NCBI GenBank assembly: GCA_018433595.1
Contig: JAHDQY010000014.1
Span: forward strand, 2,793-66,792
Direction of reading: 5' to 3'
DNA: 64,000 nucleotides
Source: Synergistales bacterium
GTDB lineage: Bacteria > Synergistota > Synergistia > Synergistales > Aminithiophilaceae
In this document: piece by piece, positions 16,322 to 24,514 of the stretch
How the letters are laid out: each line of letters starts with the position of its first letter
Numbering within the stretch: the stretch's first letter is position 1
Program-made: the position numbers and the translations under genes
Notes under the pieces: model-generated
The model's input: the letters and a program-made list of their open reading frames with translations, nothing else
Database searches by the model: none
What the model was told of the DNA's origin: nothing

Positions 16322-16927
16322 TCAAGATCTTTTCGCTTCGACCTTTTCCCGGAAGGACCTGGCCATGTTGCGGTAGTGGAGCTGAAGCTCTTCGGCCACG
16401 GAGAGCCCGTCCCTGCCGTAGAAACGCTCGATCATCTCGTCGTAGCTTTTCCCCGAGAGGGTCAGCCTGTCGGCCATGAGCGCGCAGCCCATCCGGACGT
16501 TGAGGACAGGCTTCATCAGAATGCGGGGCTCCTTGATCCGCGGGTCGGTTTTGACGATCCACGTCTTGTTGGCCGCCCAGTCGATCCGCATCAGACCGTA
16601 CTCGCCCTCCCCCTTGGAGAGCCAATCGAGGCCGGAACGCTGGATCATGACGGCGGCGGCGACGAAGGGATCAAGGCCGTACTGGGCCGCCGAACGATCG
16701 ACGTAGACGGCGTACCGCCTGAGCCGTTCCTGAGAGAGGCTCCGGTTGACGATGGAGAAATAGTCGATCATCGTCTCCTGACGGGCGGCGCTCCACTCCT
16801 TCCCCAAGTAGCGGCGGCTGAAGGCGGCCAGGCGGGATCCATCGAGGGAAAGGGTCGTCTCCGCCCCGGCGACGGCCACAAGAACCACCAACAGGACCAG
16901 GGACAGGCCTATCGAAACTCTTCTCAT
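16322..16927 (-). CDS. secreted lytic-transglycosylase-like protein
   Basis: 201 aa with a signal peptide (LVLLVVLVAVAGA). 'YGLDPFVAAAVMIQRSGLDW...GEYGLMRIDW' resembles the SLT domain, but the canonical catalytic ES is not obvious. Confidence 0.4.
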   Translation of the reverse strand: MRRVSIGLSLVLLVVLVAVAGAETTLSLDGSRLAAFSRRYLGKEWSAARQETMIDYFSIVNRSLSQERLRRYAVYVDRSAAQYGLDPFVAAAVMIQRSGLDWLSKGEGEYGLMRIDWAANKTWIVKTDPRIKEPRILMKPVLNVRMGCALMADRLTLSGKSYDEMIERFYGRDGLSVAEELQLHYRNMARSFREKVEAKRS

Positions 16928-17122
16928 CCTTATTCTTCCTCCTGCCGATCAGGACTTGCATTCTCTTGAAAAAAGGTCCTCGCTTCATCGGCCCTCTTTT
17001 GATAGGATGCCATTGAAAGGCCGAAGGGGTGTCGGCCTTATTGTACCGTTCCGTCCATCAGGAAACCACCGTCCAACCTCTCACGGGCCTGAAGACAGTA
17101 AAAACACGAAGGAGGCACAACG

Positions 17123-17644
17123 ATGGCCCTTCTCTTTGCGGCCGCTCTCATCTTTTTCGCCCGCGTCACCGACGTCTCCATGTCGACGGTGCGCATGCTG
17201 CTTCTCGTCAAGGGTCGACGAATCCTCGCCGCCTTCGTCGGCTTTTTCGAGGTCTCCCTCTATCTCCTCTCCCTCCAATACGTCCTGAAGGCCGGCCTCT
17301 CGAGCCCCCTTAACTTCATCGCCTATGCCGGGGGATATGCCATCGGGAACTTCATGGGATCCCTCCTGGAGGAAAAGCTCCTTTCGGGACACGTCCTCGT
17401 CGAAATCATCGCCAACGACGTTGAACGAGGCAGCGATATCGCCCAGAGACTTCGGGACGGCGGCTTCGGAACCACCGTACTCACCGGCGAGGGTCGGAGC
17501 GGACCGAGGCTGGTTCTCAAGACGGTCTGCGACCGCAACGACCGTTACAAGGTGGTCGCGGCGGCGAAAGGGTCCGGCACCTTCGTCTTCATTTCCGACC
17601 TCAAGGGCGTCCAGGGCGGCCATTTCCAGAGAAAGGCCAAATAG
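17123..17644 (+). CDS. UPF0316 family membrane protein (DUF2179-containing)
   Basis: 173 aa. The N-terminal TM region 'FFARVTDVSMSTVRMLLLVKGRR' and the C-terminal DUF2179-like 'GFGTTVLTGEGRSGPRLVLKTV' match the UPF0316 layout. Confidence 0.6.
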   Translation: MALLFAAALIFFARVTDVSMSTVRMLLLVKGRRILAAFVGFFEVSLYLLSLQYVLKAGLSSPLNFIAYAGGYAIGNFMGSLLEEKLLSGHVLVEIIANDVERGSDIAQRLRDGGFGTTVLTGEGRSGPRLVLKTVCDRNDRYKVVAAAKGSGTFVFISDLKGVQGGHFQRKAK

Positions 17645-17647
17645 AAA

Positions 17648-18604
17648 GTGGCTCACATCCTGGCTTCCGACATCGGCGGAACGGGGAGCCGCTTCGCCCA
17701 TTTCCTTTTCGACGGAAGGGAGCTGACCCTTCTTGCCACGACCCGGCTTTCCACCGCCGACTACCGGGACGGAAGGGAACTCTTTGAAGATCTCGCCTCG
17801 GGAGATTTCAGCCTGGCCCCCTCCGAAGCCGACATGGTCGTTCTGGCCGTGGCGGGTTTCGTCGGCAAGGACATGAAGGCGCGCATCACCTCCCGAGGCT
17901 GGGAGATCGACGGCGCCGCCCTTGCCTCCATGATTTCCGGCGAGGTTCTGGTCATCAACGATCTGGTGGCCCAGGCCTGGGCCACCAGATCGCCTCTTGC
18001 CGCCACGATGAGAATCGTTCTTCCCGGAATGTCCCGTCCCGACAGCATCGAGGCCGTCATCGCCTCAGGGACGGGCCTGGGCAAGGCCTTCATCGTCCCT
18101 GAAGGCCGGGGCGGCCTTCTCGTCCTCCCCTCCGAAGGGGGTCACGGCGCCTTTCCCGTCGCCAGCGCCGAAGAGCTCGATTTCGTACGCTTCCTCTGCG
18201 ACCGGGTGGGAGAAAGGGGAAAAGAGGCGGACTTCATCGTTTCAGGGAGAGGCCTCCCCCACCTTCAGGTTTACCTCTACGGCGAAGAGCTCAATGAGCG
18301 GCAGGTCGTCGCCGCTCTGGAACGGTCGCCTCGGACGGTGGAGTGGATGGCCCGCTTTCTGGGAAGGGTCTGCCGCGACACGGCCCTCGACACCCTCGCC
18401 CTGGGGGGCGTCACCCTTGCGGGCGGAGTCGTCGGGCGTTTTCCCGCCTTCGCCGATCACCGGGCCTTCAGAGAGTCCTTCCGGCATTCGGCGACGATGG
18501 CCGATCTCCTGGCATCGATACCGGTGAGGCTTCTGGCCGACGAGGCCAGCGGCCTCTGGGGAGCGGCCAGGGCAGGGATGGAGCGCCTCAAAGAAGGGGG
18601 CTGA
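17648..18604 (+). CDS. glk: glucokinase family protein
   Basis: 318 aa. 'LASDIGGTGSRFAHF' phosphate-1 motif and Glk-family (PF02685-like) length. GTG start 3 nt after the upstream stop. Confidence 0.6.
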   Translation: MAHILASDIGGTGSRFAHFLFDGRELTLLATTRLSTADYRDGRELFEDLASGDFSLAPSEADMVVLAVAGFVGKDMKARITSRGWEIDGAALASMISGEVLVINDLVAQAWATRSPLAATMRIVLPGMSRPDSIEAVIASGTGLGKAFIVPEGRGGLLVLPSEGGHGAFPVASAEELDFVRFLCDRVGERGKEADFIVSGRGLPHLQVYLYGEELNERQVVAALERSPRTVEWMARFLGRVCRDTALDTLALGGVTLAGGVVGRFPAFADHRAFRESFRHSATMADLLASIPVRLLADEASGLWGAARAGMERLKEGG

Positions 18605-18608
18605 GGGC

Positions 18609-18911
18609 TTATTCCTCGACGGACTCGATCCTGTGGGCCAGAAGGTAGATCTCTCCGCTTCCAAGGGAAGAGCGGATCTCCCCCTCCACCATCAGCCGGA
18701 CCCCCTCCGCATAGGCCCCGAGCTGCTCCTGAAGAGAGCCGTCAAAGGCTCTGGCGACGATAAAGTCGCGCCTCATCGTCCCGTCGTCAAGAATCCGCTC
18801 CTGGCAGATGGAGAAGCCGACGTATCCGCCGGCGCGGCTGTCCCTGACCGCCTCGCCTCTGAGATGATGAAGGGTTCCGCTGACGCGGGCGCTGTTTTCC
18901 GTAAGATTCAT
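18609..18911 (-). CDS. small tail-less OB-fold protein (SSB/PriB-like), paralogue 1
   Basis: 100 aa. The pattern 'N..RVSGTL..LRGEAVR..R.G.Y..FS..QE...DG..RRDFI.ARAF......L....EG..L.VEGEIRSSLGSGEIYLLAHRIE' mirrors the SSB/PriB OB-fold layout without an acidic C-terminal tail. Confidence 0.45.
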   Translation of the reverse strand: MNLTENSARVSGTLHHLRGEAVRDSRAGGYVGFSICQERILDDGTMRRDFIVARAFDGSLQEQLGAYAEGVRLMVEGEIRSSLGSGEIYLLAHRIESVEE

Positions 18912-18991
18912 GGCGTTGCAACCTCCTTCGTGACGGCTGAAGAACCTGCTCTTTCTACCTCAAAACTGAAACCGGTGCAAGGGGACCCGAC

Positions 18992-19020
18992 GAAAAGGGC
19001 GTCTCCTTTCGGAGACGCCC
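18992..19020 (-). terminator. rho-independent terminator of the superoxide reductase gene
   Basis: GGGCGTCTCC-GAAA-GGAGACGCCC (10-bp perfect stem) followed by TTTTCG on the minus strand. Confidence 0.75.
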
Positions 19021-19045
19021 CGAAAAGGCGGGACTTGCGGAATGT

Positions 19046-19441
19046 TCAGGCCTCGACGGCGATCTCCCTGAAGCTCTCCCAGAGGCCGTGAATGTTGCAG
19101 TACGACGCGGCCACGAGAATGCCCGGCTTGTCGATACGGATGACGGCCGAAGCGACGGGCTCGGCGTAGACCGGTCCCTGGTTGGGCCCGGCCACGGATT
19201 CGCCGTGAACGTTGAACTCGACGTTGAAGACCTCGAAGGGAAACTTCCCATCGGCGGGCTTGTAGTAGAGTTTAATCCAACGGATGTGATGTTCCGTCGT
19301 GTTGGGATGGGCGATCTCCTTGCCCACACTGACGTGAACGGTAAACTTCTCGCCGGCCTTGACTTTCTCGGGGGCCTCGATAACGGGGACATGTTTCTCA
19401 CCCTTGAAATCGCCGGACTGAATCAGATGTTCGAACTTCAT
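19046..19441 (-). CDS. sor: superoxide reductase (neelaredoxin-type, 1Fe-SOR)
   Basis: 131 aa from the ATG at 19441 (GGAGG RBS). 'GEKHVPVIE', 'HPNTTEHHIRWI' and 'YCNIHGLW' are the SOR iron-ligand motifs. The track ORF 19046-19585 is over-extended. Confidence 0.85.
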   Translation of the reverse strand: MKFEHLIQSGDFKGEKHVPVIEAPEKVKAGEKFTVHVSVGKEIAHPNTTEHHIRWIKLYYKPADGKFPFEVFNVEFNVHGESVAGPNQGPVYAEPVASAVIRIDKPGILVAASYCNIHGLWESFREIAVEA

Positions 19442-19556
19442 CCCTCCGTTGCCTCCTCTCAGAGCGTAGAGACTTTCTTCCGGGCGGGAAAGTCCGCTCG
19501 GAAGCAATGACATCTGCGAAGAATACCCCACCAGGTTCCTGTCGAACCTCCTCAAG

Positions 19557-19585
19557 AGAGTACCCCAGGATTCTCCGGATTTCAA
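19557..19585 (-). promoter_or_regulatory. candidate promoter TTGAAA-17-TACTCT for sor
   Basis: The minus strand has the -35 at 19580-19585 and the -10 at 19557-19562. Confidence 0.35.
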
Positions 19586-19630
19586 GTCCTTTAAATTTTT
19601 TGATCAGAAGGATGGCTCAAGGGTACACAC

Positions 19631-19667
19631 AAAAAAAAGGGAGAGCCGACCACACGGTCTCTCTCCT
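19631..19667 (-). terminator. rho-independent terminator after OB-fold paralogue 2
   Basis: GGAGAG-A-GACC-GUGU-GGUC-GG-CUCUCC hairpin followed by U8 on the minus strand. It begins at the stop codon. Confidence 0.65.
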
Positions 19668-19965
19668 ACTCGAGGATCTTCACCTCGTCAGCCAAGATGT
19701 ACATCGCTCCGCTTCCGACGGAGGAACGGACTTCACCCGAGACTCGGATCGGCGTTCCCTCCTCAAGCGCCTTAAGGAGGTCCTGCACCTCGGGTTTGTA
19801 GGCCCTTACAAGAAGGAAATCGTTACGGACACCGCCGTCTTCCCAGGGCGTTTCCTGCTTCACGGAAAACCGGAAATAACGGCCCATCCGGTTCTCTCGG
19901 ACCGCTTCGCCGTGGACCAGGTGGAGCTTCCCGGCCACGGCCACCGCATTCTCCAGGGTGTGCAT
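19666..19965 (-). CDS. small tail-less OB-fold protein (SSB/PriB-like), paralogue 2
   Basis: 99 aa from the ATG at 19965 (GGAGAGGAGAGGG upstream). It aligns along its full length with the 18609-18911 product: GEAVR, DF, EG, GE(I/V)RSS(L/V)GSG, Y(L/I)LA. Confidence 0.45.
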   Translation of the reverse strand: MHTLENAVAVAGKLHLVHGEAVRENRMGRYFRFSVKQETPWEDGGVRNDFLLVRAYKPEVQDLLKALEEGTPIRVSGEVRSSVGSGAMYILADEVKILE

Positions 19966-20157
19966 GTCGACCCTCTCCTCTCCGCAGGAGATCGGTACGG
20001 CTGGACCGCACCTTTTTTTAATTTTACCTCTTTGCATCAGACCTTACAAGATGCCTTCTTCGCTCGTCGATGGAAAAAGACCGTGATAAGATGGCAGAAA
20101 AAGGGCACAGGCCCTCTAGGTTCCTTACCGCGAATTTCCACCGGGGAGGTAGCGTTC

Positions 20158-20976
20158 ATGATGAAGCGACTCGTGGCACTGCTGCTTGCGCTTGCCGCCT
20201 TGACAGGCTTTCTTTCTCCCTCTCAGGCCGAAACGGTCTCCGAGGAGGGGGACTGGAACTACACGCTGTCCGGCGGCCGGGAGGGAAGGGGCGCCGACCT
20301 TTTCCGCTTTTTCCACAGGCGTTTCTCTCCTGAGGAGATGACTCTCGTCATCGACGGACACCCCGACGAGACGGGAAAGGTCCGCCACCTCTACCTCGAC
20401 GTCCGGGGAGCCGTGGTGGACCGCATGAGGCTGGACCGGATCGCCATCGAGGCCTTCGACGTCCAGTTCAGCGACCCCGGCTTCTGGAGGGAGGAGGACC
20501 CCGCCGTCCACTCCATGCTGGCCGTCTATTCCCAGGCGACGCTCCGTGAGGAGGACATCAACGACCGTCTCCGGGAGAAGCAGATCGGCGACGACGACGA
20601 ACACTGGCGGCGCATCGGAATCGATTTCCGTGAAAACGGCGACGTCCATGCCGAGGGAGTCTACCAGGCCAAGCTGCTCTTCACCTTCGACATCCTCATC
20701 GAGATCGACGGCCGGTTCGACCTCGTCCGGGGACGGCAGGTCTGGCTCTCCGACTACACCCTCAAGATCAACCGGAGAGAGATCCCCGAATCCCTGGCCC
20801 GGCGCGCCGTCGGCAAGCTCCAGCCCATCCTCGACCTGGACCGCTTCATCTTCCCGCTGAAGCTCTCCTCCATCGACCAGGACGACGAAAAGGTCACCCT
20901 GAGGAGCCGTCACCTGCCGACACGCTTCGAGGGGATCACCTACCGCTACGAGGGGGGAACCTCTCTCAGTCGTTGA
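20158..20976 (+). CDS. exported protein of unknown function
   Basis: 272 aa from the ATG at 20158 (GGGGAGG RBS). Signal peptide MMKRLVALLLALAALTGFLSPSQA. Two-lobed beta-rich sequence, possibly DUF2993/LmeA-like (weak). Confidence 0.5.
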   Translation: MMKRLVALLLALAALTGFLSPSQAETVSEEGDWNYTLSGGREGRGADLFRFFHRRFSPEEMTLVIDGHPDETGKVRHLYLDVRGAVVDRMRLDRIAIEAFDVQFSDPGFWREEDPAVHSMLAVYSQATLREEDINDRLREKQIGDDDEHWRRIGIDFRENGDVHAEGVYQAKLLFTFDILIEIDGRFDLVRGRQVWLSDYTLKINRREIPESLARRAVGKLQPILDLDRFIFPLKLSSIDQDDEKVTLRSRHLPTRFEGITYRYEGGTSLSR

Positions 20977-21715
20977 GCCACCACCAGATCCGCTTTCGTC
21001 CGTCACGAACGCGATAGATCCGCCCCCTTTCCCGATCCCAGGCATAGCTGCCCAGCCCCGAAGCGATACGGCCGTAGCCATCGAGAAAGGTCATGTCGAG
21101 CGTCAGGGCCCTCTCCTGGCTGACCCAGCCCCGCACCGGGCAAGCCACCGGAAAGGAACCCTTCATCTCTCCACGGGGCCAGGGAGGGCCGTAGGAGGGG
21201 ACCCGCGCGACGAGCCTCCCGTAGACGGGAGGAGCCGTCATGAAGGCGTGAATCCTCGCCCGAGGCGACTGGAGAAGCCTCCGCAGCAGCATCGAAGCCA
21301 GATAGGGCCCCCCCTTGCCGGGAAGGTCGGCAAGGGCCAGGGCGGCCCCATAGACGGCGTCGAGGGCGGCCAGACAAAGGGGGATCTCCTGGGGATTCCA
21401 GAAGCCGCCGACCTCCTCCCATCGGGCGGGATCACCCTCGGGGAAGAGAGCCTCCACCAGGGCAAGAGCCCGCGAGGCCCTCGCCCGAGGCTCCTCGGGG
21501 AGGAGGAGGCCTTCCCAGAGGAGATAGGCCTCTTCCCTGGGAGCCTCGGCCAGAAGGAGGTCTCTGAGACGTTCCGCCTCACGGCGCCCTTCGTCCCTCT
21601 CCCCGTAGGAGACGACGAGAGATTCCCAGGTCCATTCCCCTGCCGCGGCAGCAGAGGCCACGGCGGCCAGCGACAGAATGAGGACGACCCGGCACAACCT
21701 CCCCTGATGCCTCAT
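20966..21715 (-). CDS. exported protein of unknown function
   Basis: 249 aa with signal peptide LILSLAAVASAAAAG. I recognise no family. Its 3' end overlaps the convergent gene by 11 nt. Confidence 0.45.
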   Translation of the reverse strand: MRHQGRLCRVVLILSLAAVASAAAAGEWTWESLVVSYGERDEGRREAERLRDLLLAEAPREEAYLLWEGLLLPEEPRARASRALALVEALFPEGDPARWEEVGGFWNPQEIPLCLAALDAVYGAALALADLPGKGGPYLASMLLRRLLQSPRARIHAFMTAPPVYGRLVARVPSYGPPWPRGEMKGSFPVACPVRGWVSQERALTLDMTFLDGYGRIASGLGSYAWDRERGRIYRVRDGRKRIWWWLND

Positions 21716-21782
21716 ACCCTTCTCCCCTTTCTTCAGGTATAATGATCTCTCCGCTACCTGTAGGTATGTTCATCGCTGGAAC

Positions 21783-22340
21783 ATGCAAATATGTACAAAG
21801 AAGGTGTCGCCCTTGAACACGAAGACCAAGGCCACTCTCGCCGTCCTCGTCAGCTTTCAGATCGTCCTTGCCCGACTGGCAAGCCTCCGGATCAGCATCG
21901 GAGGCATCGAGGGAATACGCCTCGGCTTCGGCGCCTTTCCCTCCATCTTCGCCGGCATCGCCTACGGTCCCCTGGCCGGTGCCGTCGTCGGCGCCCTCGG
22001 CGATATCATCGGCTTCTTCATCAACCCCATGGGGGCCTACATGCCCCATTTTACCCTGACAGCGGCCCTGACGGGAGCGATTCCGGGATTTGTCGTCAAA
22101 GCCCTGGGCGGCCCGTCGAAAATAAACCTGAGCCGCCTTCTCGTCGCCGTCGCGGCGGGTCAGATCGTCAGCTCGGTGCTTCTCGTCCCCCTCTTCCTCA
22201 GACAGCTTTTCGGCCTCCCCCTGGCGGCGACGCTGCCGGCCAAGATCGTCGGAGAGGCCGTCAACATCCCCCTTTACGCCCTGCTTTTCGACGCCCTCCG
22301 AAAGAGATTTCCGAGCCTTCACATCGCAGGGAACCGCTGA
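21783..22340 (+). CDS. ECF-transporter S component, folate-family-like
   Basis: 185 aa with about 6 TM segments. 'IRLGFGAFPSIFAGIAYGPLAGAVVGALGDIIGFFINP' resembles FolT-type S components. No EcfA/EcfT genes are nearby. Confidence 0.5.
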   Translation: MQICTKKVSPLNTKTKATLAVLVSFQIVLARLASLRISIGGIEGIRLGFGAFPSIFAGIAYGPLAGAVVGALGDIIGFFINPMGAYMPHFTLTAALTGAIPGFVVKALGGPSKINLSRLLVAVAAGQIVSSVLLVPLFLRQLFGLPLAATLPAKIVGEAVNIPLYALLFDALRKRFPSLHIAGNR

Positions 22341-22414
22341 AACAACGAGGCGCCGGGAGCATTGACGCTCCCGGCGCTCTTTCGTTCGAAGGCTTCGACC
22401 GACACGGCGTCCCG

Positions 22415-24391
22415 TCAGGAAACCTCAAGGGATGCCTTGGATCGGGCGCAGAGCAGGACCATGACGACGGCGATGGCGGCCAGCGAGGCCAGCTTGACCG
22501 CGCTGCTGGGAAAGAAGGCCGCCAGGCCGGGAACGACCAGGAGGGCCCGGACGGCGGGGGTCAGGTTTTTCAGAAGCCATCCCTGAAGAGCCCCGGCGAG
22601 TGCGGCGATTCCCGCCAGAGCGGCGACGATGATGAGGGCCAGCGTCAGAGGCTGGGCCTGTTCCAGAAGAACCGCCGGCGTGTAGATGAAGGTGTAGGGG
22701 AGGGCGTAGGCGACGAGGGCGATCTTCGTCGCCTCCAGTCCCGTCTTGCCCGGATTGGCTCCGGCGATGCCCGCCCCGGTGAAGGCGGCGAGGCAGACGG
22801 GAGGCGTCAGATCGGCCATGATACCGAAGTAGAAGACGAACATGTGAGCCGCCAGCGGCAGGACGCCCATCTTGATCAGGGCCGGGGCGATGATGGTGCT
22901 GGTGACGATGTAGTTGGCCGTCGTCGGCAGCCCCATGCCGAGGACGAGACAGGCCACCATGGCCATGAGCAGCGTCGGCAGGAGCTTGCCTCCGGCGATG
23001 TCGATGATGTTGTTGGAGAGGGTCAGCCCCAGGGCCGTCAGAGAGGATGTGCCGACGACGAAACCGACGAGGGCGCAGGCCAGCGCGACGCCGAGGGCGC
23101 CTCGGGCCCCTTCCTCGAGGGCCTTGATGATCTGGGCCGGGCCCATGCGGGTATGGGAGCGGAGGGCGCTGACGACGACGACCGTCACGATGCCCCAGAA
23201 GGCCGCAGCCAGAGGCGTGTACTTCATGAGCAGCATGGCGATGATGGCGAAAAGGGGAACGAGAAGATGGCCGTCGCGGGCGAAGACCTCCTTCGCCCTG
23301 GGCAGGAGCTCCCGTTCGATCCCTTCGAGGTTGCGGTATTTGGCCCGGACGTGGACGTTGATGAAGAGGGCCGCGTAGTAGATGAGGGCCGGCACGACGG
23401 CCGCCGCGGCGATGCGCAGGTAGGAGATGCCCAGAAACTCGCTCATGATGAAGGCGCCCGCTCCCATGATGGGCGGCATGAGCTGGCCTCCCGTCGAGGC
23501 GCAGGCCTCGACGGCCCCGGCGAACTCTCCCTTGTAGCCGACGCGCTTCATCAGCGGGATGGTGAAGGCTCCCGTCGTCGCCACGTTGGCGACGGAAGAG
23601 CCGTTGATCGTCCCCAGAAGGCCCGAGGCGACGATGGCCACCTTGGCCGGTCCTCCCGGCAGATGACCCGCCAGGGCCAGAGAGAGCTCGTTGAAGAAGC
23701 GGGCCCCGCCGCTTCCCGAGAGGAAGGCGCCGAAGAGGATGAACATGAAGACGAAGGTGCTCGAAACGCCCAGGGCGACGCCGAAAACCCCTTCGGGAGT
23801 GAGGTACATGTGCTGGACGATGCGGGAGAGCGAGTAGCCTCGGTGCATGAAAATGCTCGGCATGTACCGTCCGAAATAGCAGTAGAGGAGGAAGAAGAAG
23901 GCCAGGGCGGGAAGGACCTTGCCGACGATGCGCCGTCCCGCCTCGAGGACGAGGGCCATGAAGCCCAGCCCCAGCCAGAGTTCGTAGGACTGGACCTGTG
24001 CGCCCCGGCGGGCGATGTCGTTGAAAAAGAAGACGATGTAGGCCGATCCGCCTCCGGCCATGAGAGCCAGAATCCAGTCGTACCAGGGAATGGAGGTGCG
24101 GCTCGACTTGGCCGTGGCCGGGTAGAGGAGGAAGACGGCCGTGATGGCGAAAGTCAGATGGATGGCGCGGTGTATCGAAATCGGCAGAAGACCGAAGCCC
24201 GCCGTGTAGAGATGATAGCAGGACATGGCGACGAGAAGGGCAACGACGATCTTGGCTGGGATACCGTCGAGGACGCGATAGCGACTCTCCGTGTCGTACT
24301 TTTCGACGAGCTTCTGAATCTTTTCTTCTTCGACAGTGGTTTGATCGAGAAGCGCGGAAGGTCTTTCTTCGACTTGGGCCATGGATGACAC
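22415..24391 (-). CDS. TRAP transporter fused permease (TAXI type, DctQ-DctM fusion)
   Basis: 658 aa. The N-terminus 'KLVEKYDTESRYRVLDGIPAKIVVALLVAMSCYHLYTAGFG' is characteristic of TAXI-associated fused permeases, and there are many TM segments. Confidence 0.85.
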   Translation of the reverse strand: MSSMAQVEERPSALLDQTTVEEEKIQKLVEKYDTESRYRVLDGIPAKIVVALLVAMSCYHLYTAGFGLLPISIHRAIHLTFAITAVFLLYPATAKSSRTSIPWYDWILALMAGGGSAYIVFFFNDIARRGAQVQSYELWLGLGFMALVLEAGRRIVGKVLPALAFFFLLYCYFGRYMPSIFMHRGYSLSRIVQHMYLTPEGVFGVALGVSSTFVFMFILFGAFLSGSGGARFFNELSLALAGHLPGGPAKVAIVASGLLGTINGSSVANVATTGAFTIPLMKRVGYKGEFAGAVEACASTGGQLMPPIMGAGAFIMSEFLGISYLRIAAAAVVPALIYYAALFINVHVRAKYRNLEGIERELLPRAKEVFARDGHLLVPLFAIIAMLLMKYTPLAAAFWGIVTVVVVSALRSHTRMGPAQIIKALEEGARGALGVALACALVGFVVGTSSLTALGLTLSNNIIDIAGGKLLPTLLMAMVACLVLGMGLPTTANYIVTSTIIAPALIKMGVLPLAAHMFVFYFGIMADLTPPVCLAAFTGAGIAGANPGKTGLEATKIALVAYALPYTFIYTPAVLLEQAQPLTLALIIVAALAGIAALAGALQGWLLKNLTPAVRALLVVPGLAAFFPSSAVKLASLAAIAVVMVLLCARSKASLEVS

Positions 24392-24473
24392 CCCTTCATT
24401 TCAGAATAAACGGGACAAGCTGCCTGGAAAATTAAAAAACAAAGTGGACATTATTAAAACACTGACCTAAAGA

Positions 24474-24504
24474 AGCGGGGGCAGGCCACAGGCCTGCCCC
24501 CGCT
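24474..24504 (-). other. intercistronic 14-bp stem-loop between the TRAP binding-protein and permease genes
   Basis: AGCGGGGGCAGGCC-aca-GGCCTGCCCCCGCT, followed by TTCTTTAGG on the minus strand. Confidence 0.6.
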
Positions 24505-24514
24505 GAAACGTTTC

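Noticed and set aside
19507-20157. N-terminal 217 codons of the 489-aa track ORF 19507-20976
   Set aside because: This part runs antisense across OB-fold paralogue 2 and its terminator. A GGGGAGG-preceded ATG at 20158 immediately precedes a textbook signal peptide, so the real gene starts there.
21716-21782. Possible THF riboswitch upstream of the FolT-like S component
   Set aside because: Only about 67 nt are available and I see none of the conserved THF-riboswitch segments. A TATAAT-like box (GGTATAATG) suggests just a promoter.
21791-24388. 865-aa plus-strand ORF
   Set aside because: It is antisense to the TAXI-TRAP fused permease and out of frame with the FolT-like gene. It is Arg/Gly/Asp-rich with no TM segment or known motif.
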